From assembly GCA_963924565.1 (NCBI GenBank), contig OZ004614.1:25606001-25670000 (forward strand): a stretch of 64,000 nt of DNA. Reading direction: 5' to 3'. A program made the translations under genes and the position numbers. Below the pieces are notes generated by a model that worked only from the letters and a program-made list of their open reading frames with translations, did no database searches and was not told the origin of the DNA. Position 1 is the stretch's first letter. Each line of letters begins with the position of its first letter. The stretch comes from Ascidiella aspersa. Lineage: Eukaryota. This document shows positions 60,373-64,000 of the stretch, piece after piece.

Positions 60373-63300
60373 ACTTAGGGAAATCGGAGCGTAACTTTGG
60401 AGGTTGTGACCAATAGTAAGACGTGGAATGAATCTCGAAGGGGATCGATAATATTTTAAACGTTTCTAATAAACGTTAAAAAACTACCATATACTACCTA
60501 CTCCTGTATGGGCTAATATTCATTGTACTTCTAACTGCAACCTCCAGCCATTATCTTAAGATTTGTTAGATAATTTCACAAACTGCTTCCTACTTTGTAT
60601 GTCTTTTCTATACGTCTTATTTTGCGTTTCTTTTTATTTTCTGGTTAATTTAGCAATCATTTCAAACCAAAATGCGTGTAAACATATATCGCTCCGCAAA
60701 TGCTTATACAGTAATTAACATATGTGTAGCCTATTATTTGTTTAATAACATGACTTCACTTCATATATTTGTCTTAAAAACGAGTTTTTCTTGCTCAACA
60801 ATCACAACACATTGTCGTCACTCCATTATTTATACGCTTGGTGAGTTTAACCTTATCATCTCTATACGCCTCGACGACAAGGTCACTTCACTTCCTGGCG
60901 AATTACACGCAAGATCAAAGCGTGGGTGGTACCGCAGTGGTCCGGATTAACGCTAGAGCCGCATTAGTAAATAAACAAGCGCTGGTAAGTAACCGAATTT
61001 ACCTGTTAGTTTGACCACCCAAGCTCCGCCATACTTCAGCTACCGGACTGTAATGCTTGACCCTGTCGTTTTGATGCAAGTGTTACGCGATTGCAGATCT
61101 GCCACAAAGCTATAGGCTTACTCAACTTTTAATATCTGTGCTGTTGATCGTTTTAGATTTTGAAAATAAATACAGAGATGTTCCAAAAGTTCAAAATGTT
61201 ACCTATACTTCTGTATGGGCTTCGATATTCATTTTACGTCTAACTAACACCCACAACCATTATTCATATATATATAAAACGTTTTCAAAAAAAGTCTTAT
61301 TTACTCTACGTTTTATTATAATCTTATGCTCCAATAATAATCAAAATTTGCCAATAATAATAAAAAAATCAAAATTTCGCCTTGATCAGGGTGAATGACA
61401 CCGAGACACCGAACGCTCGTACAACAAAAAAACAAAGAAAAAAAAGTATGCTTTAATCTTGGCTACGTTTTATTGTTCTATGGTATGTCATGTTTTTAAC
61501 TAAAAACGGAGTAGCCCATCAAAATATTCGGCGCTTTTTAGAATTAGCCTAAAATAAACTATCGCGTTTGACTTAAATTGTTGGAAGAGGGGTTTCGAAA
61601 AACAAACAAAAGCGCCAGGCAACTTTTTAATGAAGACAAATCGACGAACGTAGGATTAGCGAACGTCTCCCCTGTTCTGTGACGTCATAAACGCAAATAG
61701 GACGCGAGGGTTAGGGGCGGCATCCCCAAATGTGGGTGACCTTTAGGGGGCATGTGCTGCTATTTCAGGGTGAAGTTTTCGACGATTATTTTGTTTGTAG
61801 TAAGGGTTGGTCAAAAACTGGGTCGAGTATGAGACCAAATATGGCGTCGGTTTCGGTTGAGATTGATTGCCATATGGTGGGGTTGGTAACTTTATACGTT
61901 AAATTACTGTTCGACGAATGGCTCTGGTTCTACAGAATCTAGTTTTTTTTAAACTGTTTGCAAAATCGTTTTTTGTGCGGCGACTTAGACCACATGCCGT
62001 GGCCACGATTTATTTGTCATTTATCTTCATAAAACTGCAATTTGTTGCGTATTTAAAATATACGTCGTTACAAAGATAGCCAAAGTAGAAAATAATCGAA
62101 CTTTTGCCATTTAAGTCACGAAAAGCAAACATGCTTATTTGTTGCAGTTTGCCATTTTTCTTCTAAATGTTAAGAGTCACCCCTTAATCTAATTTGATAT
62201 ATTTATGTCATATAGCTCTTTTTGTCATACATTTCCTAGCCAACGAACTAAAAAACGTATCACCCGATTAACACTCTTTGGGGTGTAAATAACACAAAAT
62301 AACAATTTATTTTATTTATAGAGCATTCCTCCTTCCAAATGAGAAAATTTTTTAACCAGCCGTTTAACAATTGGCGTCTATACAAGCAGTACAGCCAACA
62401 GTGTGAAAAAAAAATGCAATTTACAATCAATTTAATTAGTTTATGAAGCATATTATTTCGTTCCGTTTATCCCAAACTATTACAAAAATAAAACCATTCA
62501 TTTAACAATCAGCAGCTCGACTCGATCACCGAACTTTCGCTGTCCTTGTGTTATTCTTTATGTTATTTTGTTTTTCAATGTTTGCAAAGATTCACCAAAA
62601 TAAATTGAATCTGAATCAGCGTCTTAAATACCTTTCAATGTGAACAAACTCACATTTATTTACGTGGACGTTGAGTCGAAGCCAACTAACCCGAAGTTGA
62701 ACTTGCTAATTAAACCGCTGCGCTGATCGGTCCAGCCGCAAAATCCTTGCTGATCTGTGTACGAACCTTAGCCACAGCGCCGGTCATTATACAATTAAGA
62801 ACCGGAAAAATGGGCGATCTTTAGCGGGCTAATACCCGGTTTTGCACACTATTTTGCGCTTGGCAATTGCACAGCTGGCAATTTACTGGCACTGGAAAGT
62901 TTGTTTTTGAGTTTGTTTCTATTCTAAGGCCTGGGTGAAGAACTTTCGAGCAAATGAACCTTCATTTAAACGTAAATAGATTAGCAAGTTAATATTTGCG
63001 ATTAAAATAGCAATTATTAAGGGTTAAATTTTCACCTATATCTATATATAGACGAAAGCTGCATTATTACGTTTGTTAATTTGTTGTTATCTAAAGATGA
63101 TATGACTTCGCAATTTATATTATATATTAGGGTGTTTTTCGTCGCAAAAAAGTCGCAAAGTCTTAACTTGACAAAAATATCAAAACAGCATACTTCTAAT
63201 ATCGTTATATGTGGTAAAATGCCCAATCTTCTCATACACAACCCATAAAAATAAAGTTATTCTCTCATTTTTAAGGGGGCCCCAAAAACTCAAAAACGTT

Positions 63301-64000
63301 GACTTGCTTTCCGAGAAATGAATCACAAAAGTCAGCGGTAAACAATAATTTGTGTTTTCGAGGTTTTTGTCACAAAGATTACATTAAGTCACTGCGCTCT
63401 GAGTTTTTTGTCGCATTGGCAAGCGTACATTCCAAGCCATCTGTTTTGCTACACCGTGACGCAGGATACAGGTCTAATGACGGGATACGCAGTTGCAAAT
63501 AACACGATACGAGGACCTCGATAAGTTGTAACAACACGGGAGTCGACATCTTTCCATGTTTGCTCGGACAAGATCGCGAGAGGATGAATCTATCAAAGGC
63601 CAAAACCCTTGCGATCTTCAGCAATGTTTTCCTAACAGTCCATCCAGGGTTGAATGTAGAATCATTTCTTATCGAAACGATAATTTTTAGAGATGATGAC
63701 GTCATGCAGCTACGTCATAACGGGGCGACTAAACAAGTAAAAAAATAGGAAACCTGAGGTTGTTGTTCGATTTCGTGCACAAATATGAAACTGAAATCTT
63801 GCTTTAAATACGAATGTAGGAGATAACACTTGTGAAAATGGACAATGGCCTAGCAAAAAAACTAACCAATTCTACCGGAAATAAATCAAATATAACCACA
63901 AATAAATAAAATTAAACCTACAAAAATCATATAAAACCAAAAAAAATTAAATAAAACTCTAAAAATGAGACGAAGTCGTTGAGTCAGCGTGACTAGTAAG

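Noticed and set aside
63379-63748. 108-aa and 62-aa ORFs in a GC-richer patch
   Set aside because: No recognisable motif in the frames read and no convincing splice pair; an exon cannot be excluded without RNA data.

Overview
AT-rich, intron-rich eukaryotic animal DNA, probably a tunicate/ascidian. The taxon is an inference from the chordate-type genes, compact GT-AG introns and frequent TGACGTCA. I reconstructed four spliced genes by hand. (1) The 3' end of an unidentified coiled-coil protein gene (+, <1..899). (2) A complete 11-exon, 577-aa non-catalytic CRMP/DPYSL gene (-, 2735..12297). (3) A 5-exon, 1030-aa orphan type-I membrane protein (+, 18720..29296) with a signal peptide, a very acidic ectodomain with 11 Ser-Gly-Asp motifs and an 837-bp internal duplication. 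(4) A 5-exon, 473-aa RASL11/RERG-like GTPase (-, 34268..52069) whose G domain seems split by a ~250-aa insertion. Non-coding DNA holds hAT-type MITEs with 8-bp TSDs, foldback elements, a tRNA-derived element and a Penelope GIY-YIG fragment. The most notable signal is two dispersed short repeat families that both carry minimal type-I hammerhead ribozyme motifs. One has a compensated U3-A8 core and is physically attached to the Penelope fragment. A second pattern is degenerate 'echo' duplications of splice junctions and a stop region next to real exons in all four genes. All of this was read by eye; no searches were run.
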